Assembly: GCF_009914755.1 (NCBI RefSeq)
Contig: NC_060945.1
Strand: one strand, 5' to 3'
From: the human T2T-CHM13v2.0 reference genome, Homo sapiens
Length of the DNA stretch: 64,000 nucleotides
Shown: piece after piece, positions 41,701 to 58,100 of the stretch
How positions within the stretch are numbered: position 1 is the stretch's first letter
Layout of the letters: the number at the start of each line of letters is the position of its first letter
The notes under the pieces: model-generated
Database searches by the model: none
What the model was told of the DNA's origin: nothing
The model's input: only the letters and a program-made list of their open reading frames with translations
Translations under genes and position numbers: made by a program

Positions 41701-42089
41701 ATAAAAAGCTTTTTATGTATGTGTGTGTATATATTTATATATATCTTCTATCTCTATATTTTCTTACCAATTTGTGTGTATCTGTGTGTGTATTTATATA
41801 CAAACACCATTGTAAAATGTATTCTTAATTATATACTACTAGTAGCAGGTATGCTAAAGGCAGTACTACATGTGTTTTCACCTATTAACCATTAATATTG
41901 GCCTGAATCTGCTAGTTAGTGTAATTTTCACAAAACAAAATAAATGTTTAAATGTGAATACTTGAAATAAAGACCTACTAGCATTTTTGCAAACACTTGA
42001 TTTGCATGCCTGGAAATAAGGCAATTAAATGAAAACTTTTAAGAAAGAGTGCATATTCACTAACCGGGACAGTTAAAAATTAATATATT

Positions 42090-43020
42090 TTGTAGAAACC
42101 CTGAGCACTTGTTGCCCCCCACAAAGACAGCCAAAACAATAAATGCAAAAGTACATGCTGATGAAAATAACTAAAGGAAAGCTTACAGTACATAAAACGA
42201 GTAACAAAAACCCTGGTGGGCATAGGAAATCAGTATGGCCACATGGAGAATGGAAGAAAACACTTGGACTGCACCACACCATTCCCCAGCCTGGATCAGC
42301 TGGGAACCAGGAGAAACCTCTCTTGGGGAAATGTGGGGAAAAGGTAAGCAAAGAGAATCCCAGCAGCCCCCATCAACACCTGGGGAGCCTCCAATCCTCA
42401 TCACTGGGGATATCTGCAGTCCTCACAGACACTAAGCTTAGCTGAAAGAACTGCTTGAAGTCCACATAACTGTGCTTCCCCCAGAGAAGGAGCTGATCCT
42501 GTGACCTGTGTGTCTACCGCACTGTGCCGTCTTGGAACTGGAACTATTTTGTTCTGGGGGGCTAGTGGCCATGGCACCCTTTCATCCCTGAGGCGAAGCT
42601 GCCGCCAAACCACCCTTCCTGGTGACTCTACATTCCCAAGCCAAGCTGTGAGCCACTGTTACACATTGCGCCATGGAGCCAAGCAGAGTCGAACTGCTCC
42701 ACCAACTCCTACCAGTCAGAGCTGCATTCCAGGCCCTCAGATCTGAGCTAAAGCTGTGCATTTCCTCCTGTGCTTTGGCAGAGCTGTTTCATCCACCTCA
42801 CCCATTTGCTGCTGTACCCTGCGACATTGTGCTGGAGCTGAAGCAATGACTGGCATCCCAAGAAACAATGCCTATGCTGCCCAGAGAATCACAAACCCCA
42901 GAACATAACAAAAAAGGAAACTATAGGCCAATATTACTGATGAATACAGATGCAACAAATTCTCAAAAAATACTAGTAAGTTGAATCCAGCAGCATGTTA
43001 AAAAGATCATCCACCATGAT
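42090..43020 (+). mobile_element. Old L1M 5'UTR region plus short ORF2 RT-start fragment
   Basis: GC-richer L1M-type 5' end ('ggggaaaaggtaagcaaagaga...ccccatcaacacc'); 42900-43020 'aactataggccaatattactgatgaa...atccaccatgat' is a diverged RT start. Confidence 0.65.
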
Positions 43021-46210
<3,190 letters not shown>

Positions 46211-46439
46211 TAAACAAAAAAGAAAATGAATGAAAATTAACATATTAAAAAGTAATAAACGTTATTAAAGTAAACCTATATAAATATTTTTCATGCATGA
46301 AAACAATAGCCACTCCGAAAATATTCTAAACCTAAAGAAAATATTTTTGTAGTGATTTAATTAAGAATGGATTAATACCAAGGAGTAAATTTTAAAAGCT
46401 ATAAGAATAAACAAATATACGGTAAGATGTAGGTAGTAA

Positions 46440-46737
46440 GGATGGGCACAGTGGCTTATGCCTGTAATCCCAGCACTTTGGGAGACTGAGGCGGGAGGAT
46501 TTCTTGAGTCCAGGACTCAAGAGTCAAGAACACCCTGGCAACATAATGAGACCCCAGCTCTACAAAAAATAAAAAAGCAGCTGGGTATGGTGGTGAGTGC
46601 CTGTGGTCCCAGCTACTAGACAGGCTGAGGTGGGAGGATTGCTTGAGCCTGGATGGTTGAGGCTCTGGTAAGACGTAATCACACCACTGCACTGGAGCCT
46701 GGACAACAGTAAAATCCTGTCTCAAAAAAAAAAAAAA
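46440..46737 (+). mobile_element. AluJ
   Basis: 'gggaggattgcttgagcctgg' J-type diagnostic; high divergence; poly-A. Confidence 0.92.
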
Positions 46738-47533
46738 CCAATACAGGTGGTAAATAAAAGTACAAAAATTATAAATTTTGAGCATAACATAAATATATTT
46801 AAAAATTATTTGAGAGATTAAGAATAATAACTGGGAAATATTTTGAAAATTATGAACATTAGGGATGACTTTACATATTTGCAGGAAGAAATCCTGTTAG
46901 GTGTGTTTACACCTTAATAAGAAAATGCTGTTTTTAAATATATTGGTAACAATGATCATAACAGGAGGCATTGCTGTTGAAAACTGTCTTTATTAAATTC
47001 AGAGTTTTACTTACAGTTAGTCCAAGATATTTTTTTGTAGGGCACTCAGATACTTTAAAAAGAACAGGCAAAGAGATGAATATATGTAAGAAATCTAGAT
47101 AAAACAAACAAAAAGCATTCAGATCACATACAAGTGACTTAAAGAGGTATTTCAGAGCCAAACAAAAAGCTGGGATCTCCAAATAGTCTCTGGATAGGAC
47201 CAAAGGGAAATTCCTCTTTGCTACTTGAATAAATTTATGCTTAGGACTCAAGAGACCCCAAGAAAGTATGAGTGGAGGCCTATCCCTAACCCCTGCAGAA
47301 GTGGCAACTGATAATCCATGCTGGGTTGTTCTTTCCCTGATCTTAGTCCAATCTGCCCATTCTCCTAATATCTAGCTTGGACGATGCTTGCCCACAGATA
47401 TCAGTGTGACCTTTAAAAAACATACATAAATGCCATATTTCGTTAAGAATTAGTCTCAAAGGCCTGTCAACAGAAATACAAAGAACACATTTTTGTGATC
47501 AGAAAATTGGTCTGATAGTCATAAACTCTTGTA

Positions 47534-47715
47534 TTTTTTTTTTTTATTTTGTTTTGTGTATATTTGTTGAGACAGGATCTTGCTGTGTCTCCCAGGCTGG
47601 AGTACAGCATTGCAATCATAGTTCACTGCAGCTTCAAACTCCTGGCATCAAATGATCCTCCCATCTTGGCCTCCCAAAGTGCAGGAATTATGAGTGTGAG
47701 CCACTGTGCCTGGCC
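47534..47715 (-). mobile_element. Alu monomer (FRAM-like or collapsed AluJ)
   Basis: Single arm with T-tail; degenerate TSD tcataaactctt / tcatgaattctt. Confidence 0.85.
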
Positions 47716-47894
47716 TCATGAATTCTTATTATTTAAATCTATTTAACTTAATCATCACCACACAGGTTTGTGAGAAGAGAAAGCTGGGTGGCTAATGGGT
47801 AGGGAAATAGTTGGAAGAGACACAGAGAGATACTGCTGACAGTGATGGGCGCTGGGTAATGAAAAATCTTCTACAGTAACCTTGATCCAAGTCC

Positions 47895-48016
47895 TAGACC
47901 AAAAGTAGCAATAAGGTTCTAGTCTCCTCTTACTTCACGTTACCTCTGTGATTTCAGGAAAAGCAATCATCAATTTCTGGCATTAATTTTCTCACCTTGG
48001 AAAAAAAGAGGTAATA
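47895..48016 (+). mobile_element. MIR remnant
   Basis: 'ggttctagtctc...ctctgtgatttcaggaaaagca...aattttctcacct'. Confidence 0.45.
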
Positions 48017-48779
48017 TTTTGAAATAACGCACGTGGACGTGCTTTCTTGTTTCAAATGCTCCGAGGTTGGGGTTAGTGTTATTATCAAATGTTTATTGAA
48101 ATCAATCAAAGTTGGCTCCTGCTCCTAGTTTTATAATGGCAATATGATAATCAATAAACCCTAGCCAGACTTAGGTTATTTACAAGCTGTGTGGAAGATT
48201 AAAGGATCCAACTATAATGACAGCATTGTTGTGATTATTACCATTATGTCAGCTAAGCAGGCAAAAACATTTTAATTTTACTTAAATGGCTACAATGAGA
48301 TTAGAAAGGACACATTTTTGAAAAGGATAATATTAGAAATATATAAAAACCACTTTCCTGGAGTTGACTAAAACAAATGTTTAATTGACTCTCCATGATA
48401 TGAATTATCAGTTCATATACTCCTGTTAAGTCAGTTATGATCTTTTACTGAAGCCAGTCTCCTCTTTAACTTTTTCTTCTCACTAGCTGAGTGATCCTGG
48501 ATAAAGTCTTTAGCAATATAGACTTCAGCTTCTTTGTCTACACTTTGAATCTGTTGGCTTACATGCCTCTTGTTTTATTATTCTATGATTCTCTCACTCT
48601 TTATTTTGCATGGCTAAACTTGGACCAATCACATAGAGAGGAATGACATGGGCCTTTCCAGTAGATCTGATACCCTAAAGGAAGCCACTGACCACCCTTC
48701 ATGATTGTAGTGCTGCATCTATGATGAAACCATTTTGTAATGAGCTTGGAATTCTTGATCACATTTTCAAAATAATATG

Positions 48780-49122
48780 TGTATTAGTTCATTTTCACAC
48801 TGCTATAAAGAAATACCCCAAATTGGGTAATTTATTAAGGAAAGAAGTTTAATTGACTCACAGTTCTGCATGGCTGGAGAAGTCTCAGGAAACTTAAAAT
48901 CATGACGGATGGCAGCTCTTCACAAGGCAGAAGGAGAGAGAAGTGTGTGAGAGCGCAGGAAAAGCTACCATTTATAAAACCATCAGATCTCCTGAGAATT
49001 CACTATCATGAGAACAACATGGGGGAAACTGCTCTCATTAATCAATTCCATCTCTCCCTCGATGCATGTGGATTGCATTTCAAGATGGGATTTGGGTGGG
49101 GACATGAAGCCTAACCACATCA
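48780..49122 (-). mobile_element. THE1 MaLR solo LTR
   Basis: 'tgtattagttcattttcacactgctataaag...tttataaaaccatcagatctc...gatttgggtggggaca...aaccacatca'. Confidence 0.92.
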
Positions 49123-49169
49123 ACATACTTCAATTTTATAATGTCTTATCTTTTGTTAATTACTGTACA

Positions 49170-49442
49170 CATGCAAGAAGTAATTATCAATTCTATGAAA
49201 GGCAGGTTTAATCTTTAGGGACAGAAAGCAGATTAGTGTTTATCTACAGCAAAGTGTTCTGAGAAGTGATTGACTAAAAAGGTGCCAAACAAACCTTTCG
49301 GAGGTGATGATTGTGTTCTATGTCTTGATTATACTTGTGAGACCACAGGTGTATGCATTTCTTTAATCTCATCACACTATCCATTTGAAATAGGTATATT
49401 TCTTTTTATCTTATTCATACCTCAATCAAGTTGATTTAAAGA
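49170..49442 (+). mobile_element. Old L1M 3' end
   Basis: 'gacagaaagcagattagtg...gaggtgatgattgtgttctatgtcttgatt...atacctcaatcaagttgatttaaa'. Confidence 0.7.
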
Positions 49443-50792
49443 AGAAATAATACACCTAGGGTTTTTACTATTGTTGTCGTATTATCTTTCTTTTGATCTC
49501 TTCTTGGTCACATGATTAATTATAAAAATAAGAAATAGAATTCAATATCTTCATCCATGCCACAGTTGCCTATTAGAGTATGAACATATCCTTCATATAT
49601 TTATCTACTCCCTCAACTTTTGATTAAAATATTTTGATGTTTAGTTTTTAGGTCAAATTACTTAATGAGCAAATTATCATGAAAATGTGTAAGTCATTTT
49701 ATCATCTTTGTCTTCTCCATATGTCTATTAAAAATTTAAATATATGCAAACAAATAATGTGCCAGGAGCACACCTGGTATGTTTTAGGTGTTTAATAAAT
49801 GTTGGTTGAATGAATAAACAAGCATCACTGTCCTGCCTACAGCCACATCCCTACTTTCTTTGACAATACAAATTTGCAAAATTTAAAATGTTGCACCCAG
49901 TGATGATAGAGCAAGAATATCTATTAGTAAAGGAAGTTATAATCTGAAACAAAAGCTTTTTATAAAAATAAATTGATTTATAATAAATGTAATGGCTAAT
50001 AATCCTAATAATCGCCTAACTCCAGAATGCATTTCTGTCAGATGGGCTAACTTTGTTGGCTTTAGTGTCTTATTTATAAATCCATCCCTTGGGATTGTCT
50101 TATCTAGTTGTTGCTTTGCATAACATCAATTTCTTTGATGCTTTTCCATTCATGCACCCTCTTAATAGTTATCTCCTGAAATTACATTGGGATCTGGAAA
50201 TCCCCTTTCAATCTTTCAAAAAATACCCTCAAATTTATTTCTAACTCATAAAAATTAATCTTCCCATTTCTGTGAAAGGATTTATGAATAAGCAGAGATA
50301 TTTATTTATGTGTAACTACCAGACATTAAACTTTGCTCTGGATTTCAACAGTTTTTATTGTGTCTTTTGTTTTCACAATAATCATTGAGCCCTTTGCTGG
50401 CCAAAAGCTCTGATACCCTTAAGGAGAAATGTTTTCCTGTGGTTTTTAATAAAGAGCAGAGAAAATCTTGGTTTATGAAGATTGAGAAGTATATTCACCC
50501 TATTTAAAGTTAATTCCAACTTCCTGCCTAACTCCGTTTCAAAGGGATTTAGCTTCAAATCTTAATTTTTTTTAGAAAATATAAATGGAGAATTTAGATA
50601 AACAGTAATTGTAAAAATTTTTAAATCACAAATTGAGAGAATTTCTATAATAATACATTTATTAATATAATGTTAGCACTCCATTTAATCTGATGTAAAA
50701 TAGCAGCAATAGAAAGCATGGCCACTTGGAAATCATTTTTGTGATAATGCATATGCTTCATATATGGAAATATCTTTCTAAATGGTAATAGG

Positions 50793-51017
50793 AAACATTT
50801 GTTGACTGTTTACCATTATCAAGTACTATTCTTAATGTTTCACATTTGGTCTTAACAATAATCCTACATATTAGATATTATTACAAACTCTATTTCAGAG
50901 GTAGCTGAAACCCAAATAAGTCCAAGTAAGTGACCCATTGTGTAACTAGAAGTGATAGAGCTGACATGTTTAATTCCAGACAATCTGAGACCAGAGCCCT
51001 TGCTTTTAACCAATATG
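50793..51017 (-). mobile_element. MIR
   Basis: 'aacaataatcct...aagtaagtgaccc...gatagagctg...caatctgagaccagagcccttgcttttaacca'. Confidence 0.7.
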
Positions 51018-52559
51018 TGAAATAGCCTCAAAATAATACTAGAAACCTTAAATCATGCATTTAGAATCATCAAATGCATCATCAAAAGCTAGTGGATTGT
51101 TTGAGGAAAATTTTCAAAAATTGAAGGAAAGCTGAAAGAGATTTTATTTTTCCCAACAGAGAGACTTTAAAAGATAAGAAAGATAATGCTGTTATTTCTT
51201 ATTAAAAGGTATATGATCAATTCTCACCAATACCACCAATATCACCAATAGATAATGAGGACTGGAACTCTTTATCTCTAAAAGATGACCTGAAACACTA
51301 TGGAAAAGGAAGATGCATTACAACACACTATCAAAGCATCATTTTCAGATACACTGAGTCCATCTTCTCATGGACATGATGACATAGGTACCATCATACT
51401 GCCCATATCGTGCTACCTCCTCAACTAATTTCCTTTCTCTTTCAGGGACCCTGGCAGTGGCTCCTCCTAGGTTGTTCCTAAGCCCCACATCCCCTGGCAC
51501 AGCTTCCTTGGAAGAGTTGTCCAGCATCTTTGACACCCAGTGACTACATTGATCGTGCTTCTAAGGCACCCTTGTAGTCAGTCATCGCATTGCTGGGATG
51601 CCATAATTAGTGTGAGGAAATAATTATCAGAATCAGACGATCAATTCTATATTTAGGCTTTCATTCCAAGTAGATCTGATGGCTATAGCGCTGTTTGCTA
51701 AGAAAATCTCAAAGAATTTGGAACTGAAATAGTGAATTCTTTGGGGCTCAGGTGGAATAGAATTTCTCTCCTGACTCCAAGTGCGTTTGTCACAACAAAA
51801 GTGCGGGAGAAGGAAACTACTGTAGAAAAGGCACGCAACACCATCAAAGGCCACCAGTGGTTGCAAAAAGCCGTCTATGCAACTGTGATCTCTGGAAATA
51901 CCAGCTCAAGGCTTTTTTGTTTGCCTCAATCTGACGTGGCCTCACCTGCCTCCTTTATTTTCAGTTGTGATCTGGATTAGATGACAATTCCAGTGATTGG
52001 TTTAGACCTATATAGCTAGCTGGCATTTTCTCAATGTATCAAGGAGTCTGTATGTCTCTCTTCCTACACACCTGCTAGGTCTCAACTTAGCTATCTGCTA
52101 TAGCTTGTATATTAAAAGAATGCCTGATAGGTCTAGGCCTGGCTTACTCCTTATCTGCTACCTCTAAGGCCCACACAGAAACTGCCCATGTGTTATGTAG
52201 TCCCCTTTCCCTCTCAGGTCTTCAAACAGCTACAAAGTATCTCAGCCTTCAGCAGTTCAGATTTCTTCTTCCAGCAAATCTTCTAGAGCACAGCTCAGAG
52301 CAGTAGCCCTGCAGAGCTATTTACTCTTCAGTGACAAGGACCTTCTCTTCCTCTTCACTGTAATGATGCATCCTTATGGTTACTCTGTGGGCCTGCATAT
52401 CACCTAAAATCTGAAACTGCTCCACTTCTAAAATCTTAATCCTCAACATACCAATATTGGAATACATCTTCTTCTTCCACATTCTTATTTTCATTACATC
52501 CCCTTCTTGCGCTTAACTAGATGCTTGTTTCTGTTCCCCCCACATTCACAGAATAAATT

Positions 52560-53460
52560 GCCAATCCTCTTTCAGCCTTGCTTCCTACTATGTGCCTCTT
52601 GGCTACATCTTATGACTTTATACTATAATGACGCTGCCACCACTAATCCTGACTGCTTTCCCTCTGTGGGTCCGACTAATCTGTTTTTAAATCCCCTATG
52701 GTTGGGTAAAGCCAACTATTCCACCTTTTTGTTCCAAGACCTAGGCTACTCAGGACTGGTTTAGAACATCAGAAAATGGTGACAATCGACAACGCCGCAA
52801 ATTCCCAAACTCCAGCTCTGGACTGGCACTTCAATACTGCCCAGAACCCCTTCTATAAGTGCGATCAGCTCTCTCTGCTTTGCCATCTAATAATTTTCTG
52901 CTTAGTACAAGAATAGTTTAAAAACTCTTGGATTTCTAAAACAAGGACTATCACAACCAATTCCTACTCAGCCTGTCTAAATCTATAATCAACTACTTTG
53001 CAGTAAAACTGATTTTTTTCTCCTACATTATCCATTATAATAAAAGGCAACAAAATGTATTTAGTAACCCTTGTGAAACTTCTGGTATAGCCTTCTCCTT
53101 TTCTCCATTCAAACAGTCACTAAGCATATGAATTGCACTTCTTTATTATTCCTCCTCTCAGTCTCCTGCCCTGCCAGATTTCTGGCCACCATTGCTTCTG
53201 ACACGGTCCCAAGGACACTGGCTATCCTCACACTGCTGTCTGATAAATATTCCTACAATGCAAACCAGGATCAATTATAGGACTGTGCATAATTATGCAT
53301 AGTACAATCCTCCTGCCCTTTTCCTTTACATAAGATTAAATCTAGACTATCATGCAAACCTCTCCCATCTCCAGCCATTTCTCATCTTGAACACCTCAAG
53401 TAGCCTGATTTCCTCACCACTGCCAAAGGCAAAGTGCTACTCTGTGCACTTCTTTCTTTG
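52560..53460 (+). mobile_element. Degenerate L2 LINE
   Basis: C/T-rich strand with L2 ORF2-like stretches; weak recognition. Confidence 0.4.
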
Positions 53461-53734
53461 TTGAAAACACAACCTTAAGTTGTTGCTATTATGCAGATTT
53501 TTCTCTATGTCCAAAGTGGACATGTTAAAGTCTTCTAAAATTCTCCATAAGTCACACATTATATGTGTACACTTGCCAGAGAATGTATATGGGTATTTCT
53601 TGGGATAACTGAATTTAGCTATTGCTATGAAGAAACATACTTGATATCATCTGCAAAAGAATATATTGCAGTTGTAAGTAATGAATAAAATATGTGGTGA
53701 AATCAGTGCACCAACCTAGTGTTTTGAATCATAG

Positions 53735-53986
53735 TAAAATATTTAGCACTTATCCTGTGCCAACAAGAGTTCAAAATGTTTTATATATATTAACTACTGT
53801 TAATCAGCTTAACAATTGTGTGATTTCTACCATTTTATTTTCACAGATGAAGAAACGGCTATATAGAGAGATAAAGAAGCTTGCTCAAGGATACACAGCC
53901 AGAAAGCAAAAGAGTTGGAGTTTGAACTTCGACAGTCTAACTCGAGGTTCTTTCTCTGTGTTTAATCAGTCAACCACACTGCCTCT
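53735..53986 (-). mobile_element. MIR, near full length
   Basis: 'agcacttatcctgtgcca...tttcacagatgaagaaacgg...cttgctcaaggatacacagc...accacactgcctct'. Confidence 0.85.
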
Positions 53987-54027
53987 TCAGAAGCACGCAT
54001 AATGTATGCTCTAAAAAGTAATGTCAA

Positions 54028-54620
54028 TGTATTAGGTGTCAAACAGTAAATGAAATTTCTCAGAATACTGCTCTCTACCATATCAATAGTAGATTTAATA
54101 CAACCACCAGGCAAATCAAGCCAAGAAACTCAGCCCTGGAGATCAGACCAAACTGGTGGCCAGCCAAGAAATAGACAAAGGAATGTTCAGGGGCAGAGTT
54201 TAGGGAGGTTGGAGTGTGTGTTCACAGGGGCAGAGGGAGTAAGGGGTGATGTGCGGTCAAGGTTTACAGGTTAGGGCATGGATCACAGAGGTGATACCAG
54301 GGAAGGGAGTACAGGAAATAATCCCATCCAAGTAAGAAATCATCAGATGCATGGTTCCGTTTTTAAGCTGCCAAAATTAAGAAGGTGGGCATGAATTTGC
54401 ACAGGACTGTGGAAAACAGAAGTTTCTGGGTCTGGCTTGGGATTTTACACAGCTGCATTATGGGGGTATCACTATATGATTTCTAAGCAAAGATCTCTTG
54501 GTTTGAGAAGCTTTCATGGACAGAGAGACTGCTCATATCCCCAGAATGGGGCAGGGATAAATGGGAGAGAGATGGCAGAGAAGTTATCACTAATGAAGCG
54601 TCCCAGGTATTCTGTTGTAT
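54028..54620 (-). mobile_element. Possible old LTR
   Basis: Starts 'tgtattagg'; G-rich strand; family not recognised. Confidence 0.3.
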
Positions 54621-55658
54621 GTCTAGAGGTGAAAATAGAAAGCTCTGCTCCTTAAAAGCTATGAGAACTTAAGAAAGTTCATGACCATTTGTAAGCTAGG
54701 GTTATTAAGAGGGTCTGTTTTATATGGATCAATTAAGTAACAAACACCTTTTGAAATATAAGTTGAACACAGCTTTTTTAGAAATTTGTAAACTTTATTT
54801 TGATAAGCCAAAACACATATAAATATTCATATTCCTCTCCTCACATTTTTATAAGAATTCAAGCTAGAAAAAATTAACTATGTTGATAGGCTTAGAGAAA
54901 AATTAGGTGTCAGTGTCCCACAGAATTCTCTCCGTCTATTAGTTACAATGAATCTTAACAGTTTATTTTTTAATAAGTGGAATATGTTAATCAATTAACT
55001 GAGCTAAAGCTATTACCTAATGAGGTAGAAGGGTAAATTAACTGAAATGTGACTGGCATTCTTCAATATAAGAAAGACACTATTAGCCTGGGAATCACGT
55101 GGATATTCTGTGGATTCACAGACACATTAGTCCGTGTGCCTTCAGTACAGCTTTACATGCAGCTTGTTCTAAAATCTCAAGTTAGCAAGTTTCTGTATTC
55201 CTAAAAGGTAATAATTAGAACCAGAGTATCTGGGGAAGTCGCCACACAGCAATAAATATTGGGTCTCTAGAGCCAAGTCTTAACATTTTGTTTTCTTAAT
55301 AGCTTAAATTATTTATGAACATGTGTTTGAACAATTCTTAAATCCAGTAGCTAAATTGAGTTGCATATAGGCCTAGAAGGGTCTAGGCTAGGGCTGTTCT
55401 GTGGAAAATCTGTTAAGTCAGGAAGCAGAAATAATTCTGCTTAATCTTTGATTGTCAACCATAGTGGGGGATGGTAAGAATAATGGGAGACTTTATATAA
55501 AGGCAGCTGCTTATAATTGAGGCATTGTCAGCTGACCACAAACATTTGTTTCCACTGAGATATTCCTAATGAGTGCTACTGTTGAAGGCAATGCATTAAT
55601 ATTTATGTGATTATTGTTTTATATCTAAGAAGGGATCAAGAGGGTAATCAAATATTCA

Positions 55659-56131
55659 TGTTACCAGGCAAGCAATGGGCTCACTGCCTGATGAGCATAG
55701 AAATCAATACCATGGCACCAGCTTTTGAGAAAATAAAAGCTTTATTGCAAGTGATTGGCAAGGAGACAAGAGGCAACACAAATATGTCTCCCAGTGCTGG
55801 GGGCTGGGGCAAATTTTATAGGCAGAGGGTAATGATATGATTGGATCTGGCAATGAGAAATGCTGTGAGGCATGATCGGACTGGATTGTGCCATGAAATG
55901 ATGCCAGGGCTTGATCTGATTGGATCGTATATCAAGACATGAGGTGTCCACTTATTAATTCAGTCCCCCATTTCTTGGTCTGAGCACTTAGGTTCCACCC
56001 ATGCTTGCAGGCTTAGATAATCTGGACATGCTCAGGTTGCATAACTTGCAACCTAGGGAATCCATGGCAACTGAAAACTCACCATTTTATTACACAAAGT
56101 TGAGTCAGATTAGGCTGGTTCTGTGGTTACA
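55659..56131 (-). mobile_element. ERV1-class solo LTR
   Basis: TG...CA termini (tgtta...ttaca); minus strand has CCAAT x2, then TATAAAA (55814-55820), then AATAAA (55741-55746) in LTR order. Confidence 0.8.
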
Positions 56132-56889
56132 ATAATCTACCACAGAGTTTTTTAAGATTTAACTTCAAATATCCTGCATCAGAACCATCTGGAAAACTTG
56201 AGAATCATCGCAGAATGTACAAAATGTTTGCTAGTGTAGCCCGGTAATATTCATGTTTTATTCTTTCTGGGCCTCTGCCAATGCTTTCTGAGAATATTCT
56301 TGAGAATCATCCACTTTGTAGCTACTCATAAATATGATGTTTGGTGACAGATCGCCTTCACTTCCCCAGTACTTCCAACACTTGTGAGTGCCTTTACTTC
56401 ACTGTATTATATCTCTTCCTACTCAAAATACACAGAATGCCTTCTGCTTTCCAGACTGAATCCAAACTGATATGCTCAGGTGATAGAGAAAAGACACTGA
56501 AATTAAAAATGTGACTTCCGTTTTACTATTGCTAATAATGAAGCGTCCTTTTACTCTTTTATAGTAGGTGATCTCCCACCAGAGTGTACCAACAAGTGGA
56601 TCGGTCAAGATAAATCATTACAGTGTGTCGAGAAACTATTAGAACACCTATTTAAAGGCAGTCTTAATTTTTCTTAAGTTCTAAAAGCATAAATGAATGT
56701 CAATATTTATATGTGTAAGCTGTTAAAAATTACAACAAATACTCTAATGCTTATCAACAACCCTGGTAACTAAAACATCAGCAATATTTCTGAGTTTCTC
56801 TTCAAATTCATCTTCTCTTTTCTGCTGTTTGTCTCTTTCCCAAAGTATACATTGGTAATAAAACTGAAATTTTGGTCTTCATTTCTTTA

Positions 56890-58100
<1,211 letters not shown>

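Noticed and set aside
42090-42890. GC-richer stretch with overlapping ORFs as a host promoter or exon
   Set aside because: CpG-poor and better explained as an old L1 5'UTR leading into L1 ORF2 sequence
48027-48041. CACGTG plus ACGTG (E-box/HRE-like) cluster
   Set aside because: Short motifs expected by chance in 64 kb; no supporting context
51345-51980. Short ORFs (63-82 aa) as a processed pseudogene
   Set aside because: No recognisable protein similarity, poly-A or TSD; non-ATG starts for some
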